Shown: positions 1 to 9,397 of the stretch, one piece after another
Numbering within the stretch: position 1 is the stretch's first letter
Layout of the letters: every line of letters starts with the position of its first letter
Source: Ignavibacteria bacterium
GTDB taxonomy: Bacteria > Bacteroidota > Ignavibacteria > Ignavibacteriales > Ignavibacteriaceae
Assembly: GCA_037440065.1 (NCBI GenBank)
Contig: JBBIUV010000015.1
Span: forward strand, 644,774 to 708,773
Direction of reading: 5' to 3'
DNA length: 64,000 nucleotides
Translations under genes and position numbers: made by a program
Notes under the pieces: generated by a model
The model's database searches: none
What the model saw: the letters and a program-made list of their open reading frames with translations, nothing else
Told to the model about the DNA's origin: nothing

Positions 1-497
1 CTGCCATCTTAAACGTTCCATTGATTTTTGTTAAGAACAGTGGTTCACATGAAGCTTACTTCGCTGTAATGTCTATTTTTATTCTTGCTTTTATCGGGTC
101 TTTTATGTTTTATCTCTATTCACAAAAAGATATTAGAACCGACTGGCGCAAAAAAATTGTCCTCTTTCCGTTATTCATGGCGGGAAGCATGGGCTTTGCA
201 GTTAATAATTCGCGCGCGGTAATCGAAGGATTACTTAGCAGAAAAAGTGAATTTGTTCGAACTCCGAAATTCAAAGTAGTCGATCAAAAAGACTCGTGGA
301 ACAATAATAAGTATCTCAACACAAAATTGGAGCCATCCGTTATCGTTGAATTGATTATGGCATTATATTGTTTGGTTGGCATCGGGTCCTCTATTTACTT
401 TTTAGAAATTGCAGCCATTCCCTTCCAATTATTATTCTTTATCGGTTTTTCATTTGTCTCGGTAACTTCTATCAGACACGCCTATTCTAAAAAATAG
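1..497 (+). CDS. 5'-truncated CDS. C-terminal membrane part of a family-2-like glycosyltransferase (reading frame open to base 3)
   Basis: ORF is open to the window edge. Hydrophobic TM segments plus an ...EFVRTPKF... motif typical of GT2/cellulose-synthase-like C-termini. Confidence 0.4.
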   Translation, partial: AILNVPLIFVKNSGSHEAYFAVMSIFILAFIGSFMFYLYSQKDIRTDWRKKIVLFPLFMAGSMGFAVNNSRAVIEGLLSRKSEFVRTPKFKVVDQKDSWNNNKYLNTKLEPSVIVELIMALYCLVGIGSSIYFLEIAAIPFQLLFFIGFSFVSVTSIRHAYSKK

Positions 498-505
498 GTT
501 TTGAA

Positions 506-1207
506 GTGGGAAAGACCGCTAAGAATATTTTTGACGAAAAAGTAAGTTTAATTTACGAGTATAATAAAAAATCTCCGTTGTTTGTCAGAGAGGCAAACAC
601 GGAGATTTTTGCTAATAACGTAGAAAAAGCCGTTGAAATTTTAAAGCAAGGTCTCGTATACTTCCCCAATTATCCGACCGCTCACATTGTGCTTGCTAAG
701 GCATACACACTGCTTGGTAATTATGATGAAGCTTTAACATCATTCAAAAAAGGATGTGAACTCATCAACTCGGATGCTTCTTATAACTTTTTTGCCGAAG
801 AAGTTGCTTCAAGTAAAAAAATGCGTTCTGCTTTCGGAAAGATCCCACGCCAACCGTTTACCTTTGAAAATGATTTTAAAGATGAAGACGATCATACATT
901 TGAAGTAGATAACGAACCTTTATTCGAAGAAACTAATTTTGATGATAGACTTGATGAGATTGCTGAGAAAATTGCTTCGATAAAAATTCCTCCGCCGGAA
1001 AATGAAATGCGAGAAACAGAGAGTGAAACCGAATTTCCATCAGAAGTTAAAATTGCTTCGGAAACTCTCGCAAAAATCTATGTTGCGCAAGGGGAATTCA
1101 AAGAAGCTATTGAAATGTACCGCCGGTTGATTCCTAAAAATCCTTCTAAAAAAGAATACTTCCTTGAAAGAATTTCAGAACTTCAAGCTAAGTATAACCT
1201 TGATTGA
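506..1207 (+). CDS. Tetratricopeptide-repeat protein
   Basis: TPR-like helices (AHIVLAKAYTLLGNYDEALTSFKKG; AKIYVAQGEFKEAIEMYRRLI) flanking an acidic linker. Confidence 0.55.
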   Translation: MGKTAKNIFDEKVSLIYEYNKKSPLFVREANTEIFANNVEKAVEILKQGLVYFPNYPTAHIVLAKAYTLLGNYDEALTSFKKGCELINSDASYNFFAEEVASSKKMRSAFGKIPRQPFTFENDFKDEDDHTFEVDNEPLFEETNFDDRLDEIAEKIASIKIPPPENEMRETESETEFPSEVKIASETLAKIYVAQGEFKEAIEMYRRLIPKNPSKKEYFLERISELQAKYNLD

Positions 1208-1234
1208 CAACAACATCTCCAGTTATTATTTCGC

Positions 1235-1846
1235 ATGAACTTTAAGCCGTTCCAGAAATTACCCGAAAAATTTTACCAAAGAAAAGTTCTTAACGTTGCC
1301 CCGGAGCTGCTCGGAAAATATATTGTAAAAAGAGAAGGGGAAAAATATTTGGTTGGCAACATTGTGGAAGTTGAAGCCTATGGTGAAAAGATGGATGGCG
1401 CGTCACATTCATATAAAGGAAAAACAAAAAGAAATGAAGTGATGTTCAACTCCGGCGGCAAATTGTATGTTTATTTTATTTATGGGAATCACTTTTGTTG
1501 CAATGTTGTGTGCGATAAGGAAGGAATCGGATCTGCTGTGTTGATACGCGGAATAGAGCCGATTACCGAAGTGGAAATAATGGGGAAAAGAAGATTCAAC
1601 AAAGAAAAAATTACGCCAAAAGAATTTTTGAATTTAACCAACGGTCCGGGTAAAATTTGTAAAGCGTTTGATATTACAAAGTCTCAAAACGGAGTTGATC
1701 TTTGTGGTGATGATATTTTTTTAGCAGAAGGAGAGAAGATTTCGAAGAAAAATATTGTGAGCACAACACGAATTGGAATTACCAAATCAAAAGATTTACT
1801 CTGGCGGTTTTATTTGAAAGATAATCCTTTCGTTTCGATCAAATGA
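1235..1846 (+). CDS. DNA-3-methyladenine glycosylase (Mpg/AAG family)
   Basis: Family motifs VETEAYGE...DGASHSYKGKTKRNEVMF..GGKLYVYFIYGNH..NVV; about 200 aa. Confidence 0.8.
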   Translation: MNFKPFQKLPEKFYQRKVLNVAPELLGKYIVKREGEKYLVGNIVEVEAYGEKMDGASHSYKGKTKRNEVMFNSGGKLYVYFIYGNHFCCNVVCDKEGIGSAVLIRGIEPITEVEIMGKRRFNKEKITPKEFLNLTNGPGKICKAFDITKSQNGVDLCGDDIFLAEGEKISKKNIVSTTRIGITKSKDLLWRFYLKDNPFVSIK

Positions 1847-2889
1847 TTACACCCAAAAACATATTACTTGTACGAACTGACCGCATCGGCGATGTAGTTC
1901 TTTCGCTTCCACTTGCCGAAGCGATCAAAAAAAAGTTTCCCGGTTGTAAAGTAACATTTCTTGTAAAGAATTATACGGTTGACTTGGTAAACTACCATCC
2001 TTTTATTGATGATGTACTGACTCTTGATGAAGTTGATACGGTGCCCGCAGTGTTTTCGAATGTCCAAAAAATCAAAGCGAAAAATTTCGATACGTGCATT
2101 GTCGTTTATCCAACTTTTAGAATTGCGCTTATTCTTTTTCTAACAGGAATTAAAAACCGTATTGGCACTGGCTACCGATCTTATTCATTCTTCTTTACAA
2201 AAAAGATTTATGAACATAGAAAATATGCCGAACGGCACGAACTTCAGTATAATTTGAATTTATTAAAAGTTTTTGGAATTGATGAACAACCCGATCTAGG
2301 GGAAGTTGATTTTCATCTTCAAATCAGTGAAGAAGCGAAGAAGGTTGTCCACCAATTTTTTCAAAAAAATAATATTGATAACTCAAAGCCAATCGTCATT
2401 GTTCACCCCGGAAGTGGGGGGAGTGCAGTTGATCTGCCTTTAGATAAGATGAAAAAGTTGGTGGAAAAGCTTTTAACAATGGATGTAAATATTCTAATTA
2501 CCGGTTCAGCAAGTGAAAAAGCAATTTGCCAATTGCTTGTTGTGAATGAAAGAACCGTTAATGCCGCCGGATTATTCCAGCTTCCATCACTGATTGCACT
2601 AATCAACGCTTCGGAAATATTTATTTCCAATTCAACCGGACCTTTGCATGTTGCGGCTGCATTAAAAAAACTTGTGGTTGGATTCTATCCCAAAATTGAT
2701 GCTTGCTCAGTCAGAAGGTGGGGGCCTTTCACTAATAAGAAAATGATCTTTGAACCTACAATAAACTGCACCAATTGTTCAAGGAAACAGTGCGAAAGTT
2801 TAAATTGTATGGCTTCAATTTCTATCGACCAAGTTTTTGCCGAAATCAAAAAAAATTATATGTTGCTTCAAAAGAACGGAGACTTTTAA
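1843..2889 (+). CDS. Glycosyltransferase family 9 (ADP-heptose:LPS heptosyltransferase-like)
   Basis: N-terminal ILLVRTDRIGDVVLSLPLAEAIKKKFPGCKVTFLV and C-terminal GSGGSAV...ISNSTGPLHVAAAL are GT9 signatures. 4-nt overlap with the upstream gene. Confidence 0.75.
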   Translation: MITPKNILLVRTDRIGDVVLSLPLAEAIKKKFPGCKVTFLVKNYTVDLVNYHPFIDDVLTLDEVDTVPAVFSNVQKIKAKNFDTCIVVYPTFRIALILFLTGIKNRIGTGYRSYSFFFTKKIYEHRKYAERHELQYNLNLLKVFGIDEQPDLGEVDFHLQISEEAKKVVHQFFQKNNIDNSKPIVIVHPGSGGSAVDLPLDKMKKLVEKLLTMDVNILITGSASEKAICQLLVVNERTVNAAGLFQLPSLIALINASEIFISNSTGPLHVAAALKKLVVGFYPKIDACSVRRWGPFTNKKMIFEPTINCTNCSRKQCESLNCMASISIDQVFAEIKKNYMLLQKNGDF

Positions 2890-3686
2890 TGAGAAAAATC
2901 CTTTTCCCGATTCTGTCCGGGAGTTTATTACTCTTTCTGTTTTGCGGGATGCTCTTTGGGCAAACTTCAGGAACTGATTTTAGAAAAATTGAAAACAAAG
3001 CTTTTAAAACCGGTGAAAAACTAACGTTTGATGTTAAATACGGATTCGTAACTGCCGGTGTGGCTACAATGCGAATTCCCGAAACAAAAAAAATTACCGG
3101 GCGAGACACCTATAAAGTTTTATTTGAAGTGAACTCTGTTCCAAATTTTGATTGGATCTATAAAGTCCGTGATCGGTATGAAACCTATATTGATGTTGAA
3201 GGAATTTTTCCGTGGCGCTTTGAGCAGCACATCCGCGAAGGAAATTATTCACGAGACTTTTCAGCTTTTTTCGATCAACGGAAAGGAAAAGCGAAAACAT
3301 CCGGCGGCTCTTATGATATTCCCAAATATGTGAATGATATAATCTCGGCGTTTTATTTGGCGAGGACTTTCAACTATTCCAAAATGAAAACCGGCGATAA
3401 AGTAAATCTTCAAAATTTTTATAAAGATAAAGTTTACGATCTTGATGTTCGCTATCTCGGAAAAGAACGCATAACAGTCGGTGCCGGTACGTTCGACTGC
3501 GTGATGGTTGAACCTTTAGTGCAAGAAGGTGGTTTATTCAAAAGTGAGGGAACGATTATAATTTGGCTTACCAATGATGAACTCAAAGTTCCCGTTAAAG
3601 TTAAAACTAAAGTGATTGTAGGTGCGATAGACGCTGAGTTGAGCGCCTACGAGGGATTGAATGGAAAAATTCAGGCAAAGAAATAA
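2889..3686 (+). CDS. DUF3108-like secreted protein (start moved to the ATG at 2889, which overlaps the upstream TAA)
   Basis: Signal peptide MRKILFPILSGSLLLFLFCGMLFGQ. KLTFDVKYGFVTAGVATM resembles DUF3108. The 5' end of the 2775 ORF overlaps the GT9 gene in another frame. Confidence 0.5.
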   Translation: MRKILFPILSGSLLLFLFCGMLFGQTSGTDFRKIENKAFKTGEKLTFDVKYGFVTAGVATMRIPETKKITGRDTYKVLFEVNSVPNFDWIYKVRDRYETYIDVEGIFPWRFEQHIREGNYSRDFSAFFDQRKGKAKTSGGSYDIPKYVNDIISAFYLARTFNYSKMKTGDKVNLQNFYKDKVYDLDVRYLGKERITVGAGTFDCVMVEPLVQEGGLFKSEGTIIIWLTNDELKVPVKVKTKVIVGAIDAELSAYEGLNGKIQAKK

Positions 3687-4679
3687 ATGACGGATAACTT
3701 AAATAATCAAGATCCTTTAAATAATTCTTCAAACTCATCCCTATCGGAAAATTTCACTGAAGAAGTTAAACCTGAATTAACTCCGAAAATTTCCCCCGTC
3801 AAAGCCGGTTTAATTGGGTTAGCTGGAGGATTTTTATTTTATCAAATTTTTGGTGCTTTACTTACTGTTTTAATCTTCGGATTCAATTTTGAGAAAGCTG
3901 ATCCGAACGCTTTACGCTTGATAACAATGGCTGGCCAGGTGCTTTTCATTCTTTTACCGGCACTCATCTTTTCCAAAATTATTTACGAAGATGTTACTCG
4001 GGTTATTCGATTTCGCTCTGCACCTTTGGTCGAAATTGGTTTATTTACCGTGGGAATAATTGTCTTGACTCCCATTCTCCAGAATTATTTATATATCCAA
4101 AATTATTATTTTGAACAATTAGCAAAACAAAGTGGATTTGTTCAAATGATCAAAGAATCGCTTGACGCTCTCGACAAGTTGGTGGAAAGTTCCTACGGAA
4201 GCTTGTTAAAAATAAATTCAGCTGTTGATGGTGCAATCGTGATAGCTGTTGTGGCGATAACTCCCGCAGTTTGTGAAGAAGTGATGTTCCGTGGTTATAT
4301 TCAAAAAAGTTTTGAACTAAAGTTTAAGCCATTCCTCGGCGCTTTTATCACCGCAATATTTTTTGGGATTTATCACTTCAACCCATACGCATTTTTACCA
4401 CTTACTGCACTTGGTTTTTATCTTGGTTATTCAGCTTATAAAAGTAATTCAATCCTTGTTCCCGTGGTGCTTCATTTTCTAAATAATTTATCCGCGGTAA
4501 TTTTGTTCATGGTCTTGGGCGATTCAGAACTAGAGCAAAGCAAGGCGATAAGTCCGGCTGAATTAACCCCGACTCTAATTTCTTTATCCTATCAGATTAT
4601 TTTATTCGTGATTGTAATTATTGGAATCCAATATTATTATCGCAAGAAGCAGCGGATAGCCTCTGCTCAAATGCAGTAG
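3687..4679 (+). CDS. CPBP (CAAX) family intramembrane metalloprotease
   Basis: Polytopic membrane protein with EEVMFRGY (EExxxR), FFGIYHF and HFLNN motifs of the Abi/CPBP family. Confidence 0.7.
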   Translation: MTDNLNNQDPLNNSSNSSLSENFTEEVKPELTPKISPVKAGLIGLAGGFLFYQIFGALLTVLIFGFNFEKADPNALRLITMAGQVLFILLPALIFSKIIYEDVTRVIRFRSAPLVEIGLFTVGIIVLTPILQNYLYIQNYYFEQLAKQSGFVQMIKESLDALDKLVESSYGSLLKINSAVDGAIVIAVVAITPAVCEEVMFRGYIQKSFELKFKPFLGAFITAIFFGIYHFNPYAFLPLTALGFYLGYSAYKSNSILVPVVLHFLNNLSAVILFMVLGDSELEQSKAISPAELTPTLISLSYQIILFVIVIIGIQYYYRKKQRIASAQMQ

Positions 4680-4685
4680 GTAACT

Positions 4686-5030
4686 ATGCCGTATTGCCCC
4701 AATTGTAAAATTGAATTTGAAGAATCGGTAATAAATTGCTCTGCATGCGGTGAAGTTTTACTTGTTTCTGGTAAAGAAAAACTTTCATGGAATGAAGACG
4801 ATTTTACTTTGCTGACCGTCTGTTCTCAAATGTATGAAGCCGAAATTATTAAAGCCAATTTAGAAAGTTCAGATATAGATGCTTTCATTTTATCTCAACA
4901 GGATAGCAACTATCCTTTTCTCGGCAACTCCTCAGCAATTAAAATTTTTATTAAAAAAGATGATGAAACTTCGGCTCGCGAGTATTTAGAAAATATAAAT
5001 CAGCAAACTCATTCAACAGACGAGGACTAA
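4686..5030 (+). CDS. Zinc-ribbon plus DUF2007-like small protein
   Basis: N-terminal CPNC...CSAC ribbon, then a DUF2007-like fold. Same architecture as the 33207 gene. Confidence 0.45.
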   Translation: MPYCPNCKIEFEESVINCSACGEVLLVSGKEKLSWNEDDFTLLTVCSQMYEAEIIKANLESSDIDAFILSQQDSNYPFLGNSSAIKIFIKKDDETSAREYLENINQQTHSTDED

Positions 5031-5032
5031 CC

Positions 5033-5842
5033 GTGTCAAATACGTTTGTAAGAACTTTAATTTCTGTGTTATTCATTCCCATAATACTATTGGTTTGTCT
5101 TTGGGGAAAATTTTACTTCCTTGGATTTACCTTAGTGATTGGCGCATTAGCTTACTACGAATTTATTACCATGGTAAAAAAGAAAGAAGTCAGCGGGTCG
5201 TTTATTATTGGGATGCCCGCGGTGTTACTGCTTATTCTGAACGCATATTTTAATTTTGCCGACTTTTCTTCACTCGTCTTTCTCGTTGTATTTCTTTTAC
5301 TTTTACACGAACTTTTTAGAAATGAAAAATCAGCTATTCTAAATCTTGGAGTAACGTTAATCGGAATTTTTTATATCGGATTGTTCGTAAGCGCTTTGAT
5401 TCAACTTCGTGAATATTTTATTGATTATCAGCACGGTGCAATGGTAATAATATCGATGCTTGCAACCATCTGGATTTGCGATTCAGCCGCTTACTTTTTC
5501 GGTTTGTCTTTCGGCAAACACAGACTTTTCTTGCGTGTAAGTCCAAAGAAAAGTTGGGAAGGCGCTATTGCCGGCTTTATTTTTTCTATTTTAACAATGC
5601 TTGCGGCAAAGTTATTAGTTGTGGATTTTTTAACATGGCAGAATGTTATTAGCATCGGATTCATTTTAGGAACTGTTGGACAAGTGGGAGATTTGATAGA
5701 ATCTCTAATTAAGCGTGATGCCGGTGTCAAAGATTCATCAAACATTATTCCCGGGCATGGCGGAATTTTTGACAGATTTGATTCGTTAATCTTTTCTGTA
5801 CCGATCGTTTTTCTTTATATCAAATATTTCATTTCCCGGTAA
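5033..5842 (+). CDS. cdsA: Phosphatidate cytidylyltransferase
   Basis: SWEGAIAGF and GDLIESLIKRDAGVKDSSNIIPGHGGIFDRFDS motifs; GTG start. Confidence 0.85.
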   Translation: MSNTFVRTLISVLFIPIILLVCLWGKFYFLGFTLVIGALAYYEFITMVKKKEVSGSFIIGMPAVLLLILNAYFNFADFSSLVFLVVFLLLLHELFRNEKSAILNLGVTLIGIFYIGLFVSALIQLREYFIDYQHGAMVIISMLATIWICDSAAYFFGLSFGKHRLFLRVSPKKSWEGAIAGFIFSILTMLAAKLLVVDFLTWQNVISIGFILGTVGQVGDLIESLIKRDAGVKDSSNIIPGHGGIFDRFDSLIFSVPIVFLYIKYFISR

Positions 5843-5851
5843 AAATTCTAA

Positions 5852-7141
5852 ATGGCTAAACAAAACAAAGTTAGTGTGATCACTTTAGGCTGTTCAAAAA
5901 ATACGGTTGACTCCGAACGTTTGATGCGGCAACTTAAGGCAAACAATTTTAAACTTAAAGATGATCCCAATGAAGCCGATACGGTTATTATCAATACCTG
6001 CGGATTTATTGAAGCCGCTAAAGAGGAATCAGTTAATACCATTCTTAATGCCATCGCATTAAAGAATGATGGAAAAATAAAAAAAGTAATCGTCTCCGGT
6101 TGTTTATCAGAACGTTATAAAGATGATCTTCAAAAAGAAATTCCTGAAGTTGATGTTTTTTTCGGTACAGAAAATTATGAAGGAATTATAAAAGAAATTG
6201 GAGGAGAGTTAAAGCGGGAATTACTTGGTGAAAGATTACTTACAACCCCTTCTCACACCGCATATTTGAAAATTTCCGAAGGCTGCGATAATCCTTGTTC
6301 GTTTTGCGCAATTCCTCTGATGAGAGGAAAACACAAAACCAAATCAATTGAAGAACTTGTACGGGAAGCGGAATTCCTCGCAAAGAATCATACAAAAGAA
6401 TTAATTCTAATTGGACAAGACACAACAGATTACGGAAAAGACCTTTATCAAAAAAGAAATCTTGCTGAACTTATCAACCGTCTTAGCGAGATTGAAGGAA
6501 TTGAATGGATTCGTTTGATGTACGTTTATCCTTCGCATTTTCCCGAAGATCTAATGGAAGTAATTGCGAACAACCCGAAAGTATGTAAATATATTGATAT
6601 TCCACTTCAACATATTTCAGACGATGTTTTGCGATCGATGAGAAGAGGAATAACTAGGCGTAGAACGATTGAAATGCTGAATCAACTTCGTAAAAATATT
6701 CCCGGTGTAACAATCCGAACCACATTTATCGTTGGATATCCGAATGAATCCAAGGAACATTTTAAAGAACTTTGTGAGTTTGTAAAGGAATTTAAATTCG
6801 ACCGCATCGGAGTTTTTACTTACTCAGTTGAAGAAAATACACCGAGTTATCTTTTAGGCGATCCAATTTCCGAAAAGGAAAAACTCCGCAGAAAAAATAA
6901 ATTGATGGAAATTCAGCAATCTATTTCACATGAAAAAAATCTTTCTCTTGTTGGAAAAGAGTTGAGAATTGTTGTTGAAGGTAGAGAAGGAGATTATTAT
7001 ATTGGCAGAAGTTATAGAGACGCTCCTGAAGTTGACGGTGAAGTTTTGATTCCCGTTAAAAATAAAACATTGAAAGAAGGAAAATTCTATAACGCAACTA
7101 TTTATGATTGTAACGAATATGACCTTTACGCAAATGTTTAA
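5852..7141 (+). CDS. rimO: Ribosomal protein S12 methylthiotransferase RimO
   Basis: MTTase N-domain (VSVITLGCSKN), radical-SAM CDNPCSFCAIP, C-terminal TRAM. 429 aa. Confidence 0.85.
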   Translation: MAKQNKVSVITLGCSKNTVDSERLMRQLKANNFKLKDDPNEADTVIINTCGFIEAAKEESVNTILNAIALKNDGKIKKVIVSGCLSERYKDDLQKEIPEVDVFFGTENYEGIIKEIGGELKRELLGERLLTTPSHTAYLKISEGCDNPCSFCAIPLMRGKHKTKSIEELVREAEFLAKNHTKELILIGQDTTDYGKDLYQKRNLAELINRLSEIEGIEWIRLMYVYPSHFPEDLMEVIANNPKVCKYIDIPLQHISDDVLRSMRRGITRRRTIEMLNQLRKNIPGVTIRTTFIVGYPNESKEHFKELCEFVKEFKFDRIGVFTYSVEENTPSYLLGDPISEKEKLRRKNKLMEIQQSISHEKNLSLVGKELRIVVEGREGDYYIGRSYRDAPEVDGEVLIPVKNKTLKEGKFYNATIYDCNEYDLYANV

Positions 7142-7151
7142 CGGTGGAAAT

Positions 7152-8426
7152 ATGAGTCGTTTAATAATTGTCTTGGCTTTGTTTGTAAGCTTTCAAATGT
7201 TTGCACAGGTTGAACAATCTTCCGATGCTTATAATAAATTAGGATTACCCGCTTTTTATTACGAAATACTCAATTACAAAAGTGATAACCCCACCGCTAC
7301 GCGAGTTGACGTTTTTGTCCAAGTGCCGTTTAATTCGCTTCAGTTTATTAAAGATGGTACAGGATTCAAAGCCGAATATACCGTTACGGTTTCTGTTTAT
7401 GATAAAGATAAAGAAACCCTCTTAACAGAAAAACTTTGGAGTGAAAAAATTCCTTCACAAGAATTTGACCAAACACATTCGCGTTCAAATTTCAATTTAA
7501 GTTTGAGATCATTTTCACTTACACCGGGTGAGTACGTCTTTATTATTTCGGTTGAAGATAAAGACTCACGAAAAAAGAGTTTTTATGAGGTGAACTTTAA
7601 AGTAAAAGACTTAACTGCGAGGATTGATCTAAGTGATCTTTTGTTCGTTGGAAATAAAATGATCGTTGGCGGGAAAGAAAAAGTTTTCCCGAATATTTCA
7701 AAAATGATCTCAACTGCTGAAGGGAAAATTTCAGTTTATGCTGAAGTTTACTCTGATTCCTCAACGCCTGTATTAATGAAGTATTACATCTCTTCAAAAG
7801 ATAAGAAAATGGTTGTTGAAAAAACTTCAGAGAAAGATTTGCAAAAAGGAATAAATAAGATTACACTGGAAACCGATAGCCTAGCGCTGCCGCTTGATAA
7901 TTACGTCTTTACTCTTGCGATAGATGATCTCAATTCATCACTCAAAGTAACTTCAAGTAAAGGATTTTTCTCCAGGATTGAAGGAGTGCCTCCTTCAATT
8001 ACAAACATTGACAAGGCGATTTCTCAACTGATTTATCTTGCAACCACATCAGAGCTGGATTCAATCAAAGATGGAAAAACTTCAGAACAGAAACTAGATA
8101 GATTCTTAAATTTCTGGAAAACTAAAGATCCGAATAAATCAACTCCGGAGAATGAAGCATTCAACGAATATTATCGCCGTGTAGATTATGCCAACACGCA
8201 CTTCACGCATTATACGGAAGGATGGAAATCGGATATGGGAATGGTCTATATCATTTTAGGTGCGCCAAATGCGGTTGACCGCCATCCGTTTGAATATGAT
8301 TCCAAACCTTACGAAGTTTGGGAGTATTACCAAATCAACCGGCAATTTATTTTTGTTGATAACACAGGATTTGGTGATTACCGTTTGACCACACCTTTTT
8401 ACAATGATTTGGATCGCTATCGGTAG
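7152..8426 (+). CDS. GWxTD domain-containing protein (start moved to the ATG at 7152, after the rimO stop)
   Basis: C-terminal GWKSDMGMVYIILGAPNAVDRH...YEVWEY matches the GWxTD domain. Signal peptide after MSRLIIVLALFVSFQMFAQ. Confidence 0.75.
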   Translation: MSRLIIVLALFVSFQMFAQVEQSSDAYNKLGLPAFYYEILNYKSDNPTATRVDVFVQVPFNSLQFIKDGTGFKAEYTVTVSVYDKDKETLLTEKLWSEKIPSQEFDQTHSRSNFNLSLRSFSLTPGEYVFIISVEDKDSRKKSFYEVNFKVKDLTARIDLSDLLFVGNKMIVGGKEKVFPNISKMISTAEGKISVYAEVYSDSSTPVLMKYYISSKDKKMVVEKTSEKDLQKGINKITLETDSLALPLDNYVFTLAIDDLNSSLKVTSSKGFFSRIEGVPPSITNIDKAISQLIYLATTSELDSIKDGKTSEQKLDRFLNFWKTKDPNKSTPENEAFNEYYRRVDYANTHFTHYTEGWKSDMGMVYIILGAPNAVDRHPFEYDSKPYEVWEYYQINRQFIFVDNTGFGDYRLTTPFYNDLDRYR

Positions 8427-8431
8427 ACAAT

Positions 8432-9397
8432 ATGATTCTTACGGTAACTATAAATCCTCTACTGGAGATTTGCTTAACATATAAAGAAGTTTCTTCCTCC
8501 CGAGAAAATAGAAACGGAAAACTTTTGTACCGTGCGGGCGGAAAAGGCATAAACGTTAGCCGACAGTTAAAATTATTAGAGACGAAAAGTTTTGGATTTA
8601 CATTTTCCGGCGGCTCAAACGGAAAAATATTTCGTTCTGTATTAGAGAAAGAAGAACTTCAGTTTTCTTTTATTAAAACGGATAGCGAAACAAGAGTTGC
8701 TTCCGTAATAACCGATGAATCCAATAAATCCGTTTCAACCTATTTTCAAGAAAACAATTTTGTACGCTCTGCAGAAGTAGACGAATTCAAGTTGAAACTT
8801 GATAAGATGATTCAGAATTGTGAAATAGTTGTTTTCTCAGGCTCTTCTCCGTGTCAAATTGCTGATGACATTTTCCCTTTCGGAATTTCTCTTGCAAATA
8901 AATATGATAAAGTATCGGTACTTGATACTTATGGGAAACATCTCGCAACGAGCATCGATGCCTCGCCAACCATTCTCCATAACAACGTAGAAGAAATTGA
9001 AAAATCTTTACAAGTGAAAATGAAATCTGAAAAAGATAAATTGGCTTTTCTCGATCACCTTTATCAAAAAGGGATTAAGCAGGCATTTATCACGGATGGA
9101 GAACTTCCCATTTATGCATCAAATTTTGATTTCCATTTCAAAATAACTCCGCCGGAAGTTTCTGCAGTTCATCCAACCGGAAGCGGTGATGCATTTGTTG
9201 CCGGACTTGTCTACGGCTGGCGCAACGATTTTGTTTTTACTGAAACATGCAAATTAGCCACAGCCCTTGGTGCAGCTAATGCAGAACGTCTTGATATTTG
9301 TACATCAAAATTGGGAGATGTTGAAGAACTCCGCAAACGAGTTATGTTATCACCGGTGGGCAAAAAAATGAAATTGTTAGATGACTCGCCTCAATAG
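8432..9397 (+). CDS. PfkB-family sugar kinase (1-phosphofructokinase/tagatose-6-P kinase-like)
   Basis: N-terminal MILTVTINP, GGKGINV, C-terminal HPTGSGDAFVAGLVYG anion-hole motif. Confidence 0.7.
   Translation: MILTVTINPLLEICLTYKEVSSSRENRNGKLLYRAGGKGINVSRQLKLLETKSFGFTFSGGSNGKIFRSVLEKEELQFSFIKTDSETRVASVITDESNKSVSTYFQENNFVRSAEVDEFKLKLDKMIQNCEIVVFSGSSPCQIADDIFPFGISLANKYDKVSVLDTYGKHLATSIDASPTILHNNVEEIEKSLQVKMKSEKDKLAFLDHLYQKGIKQAFITDGELPIYASNFDFHFKITPPEVSAVHPTGSGDAFVAGLVYGWRNDFVFTETCKLATALGAANAERLDICTSKLGDVEELRKRVMLSPVGKKMKLLDDSPQ

Noticed and set aside
1864-3300. Several short minus-strand ORFs (1864-2067, 2403-2630, 2846-3109, 3094-3300) and plus 3148-3333
   Set aside because: All are embedded in or antisense to the well-supported GT9 and DUF3108-like genes. 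None has a recognisable motif.
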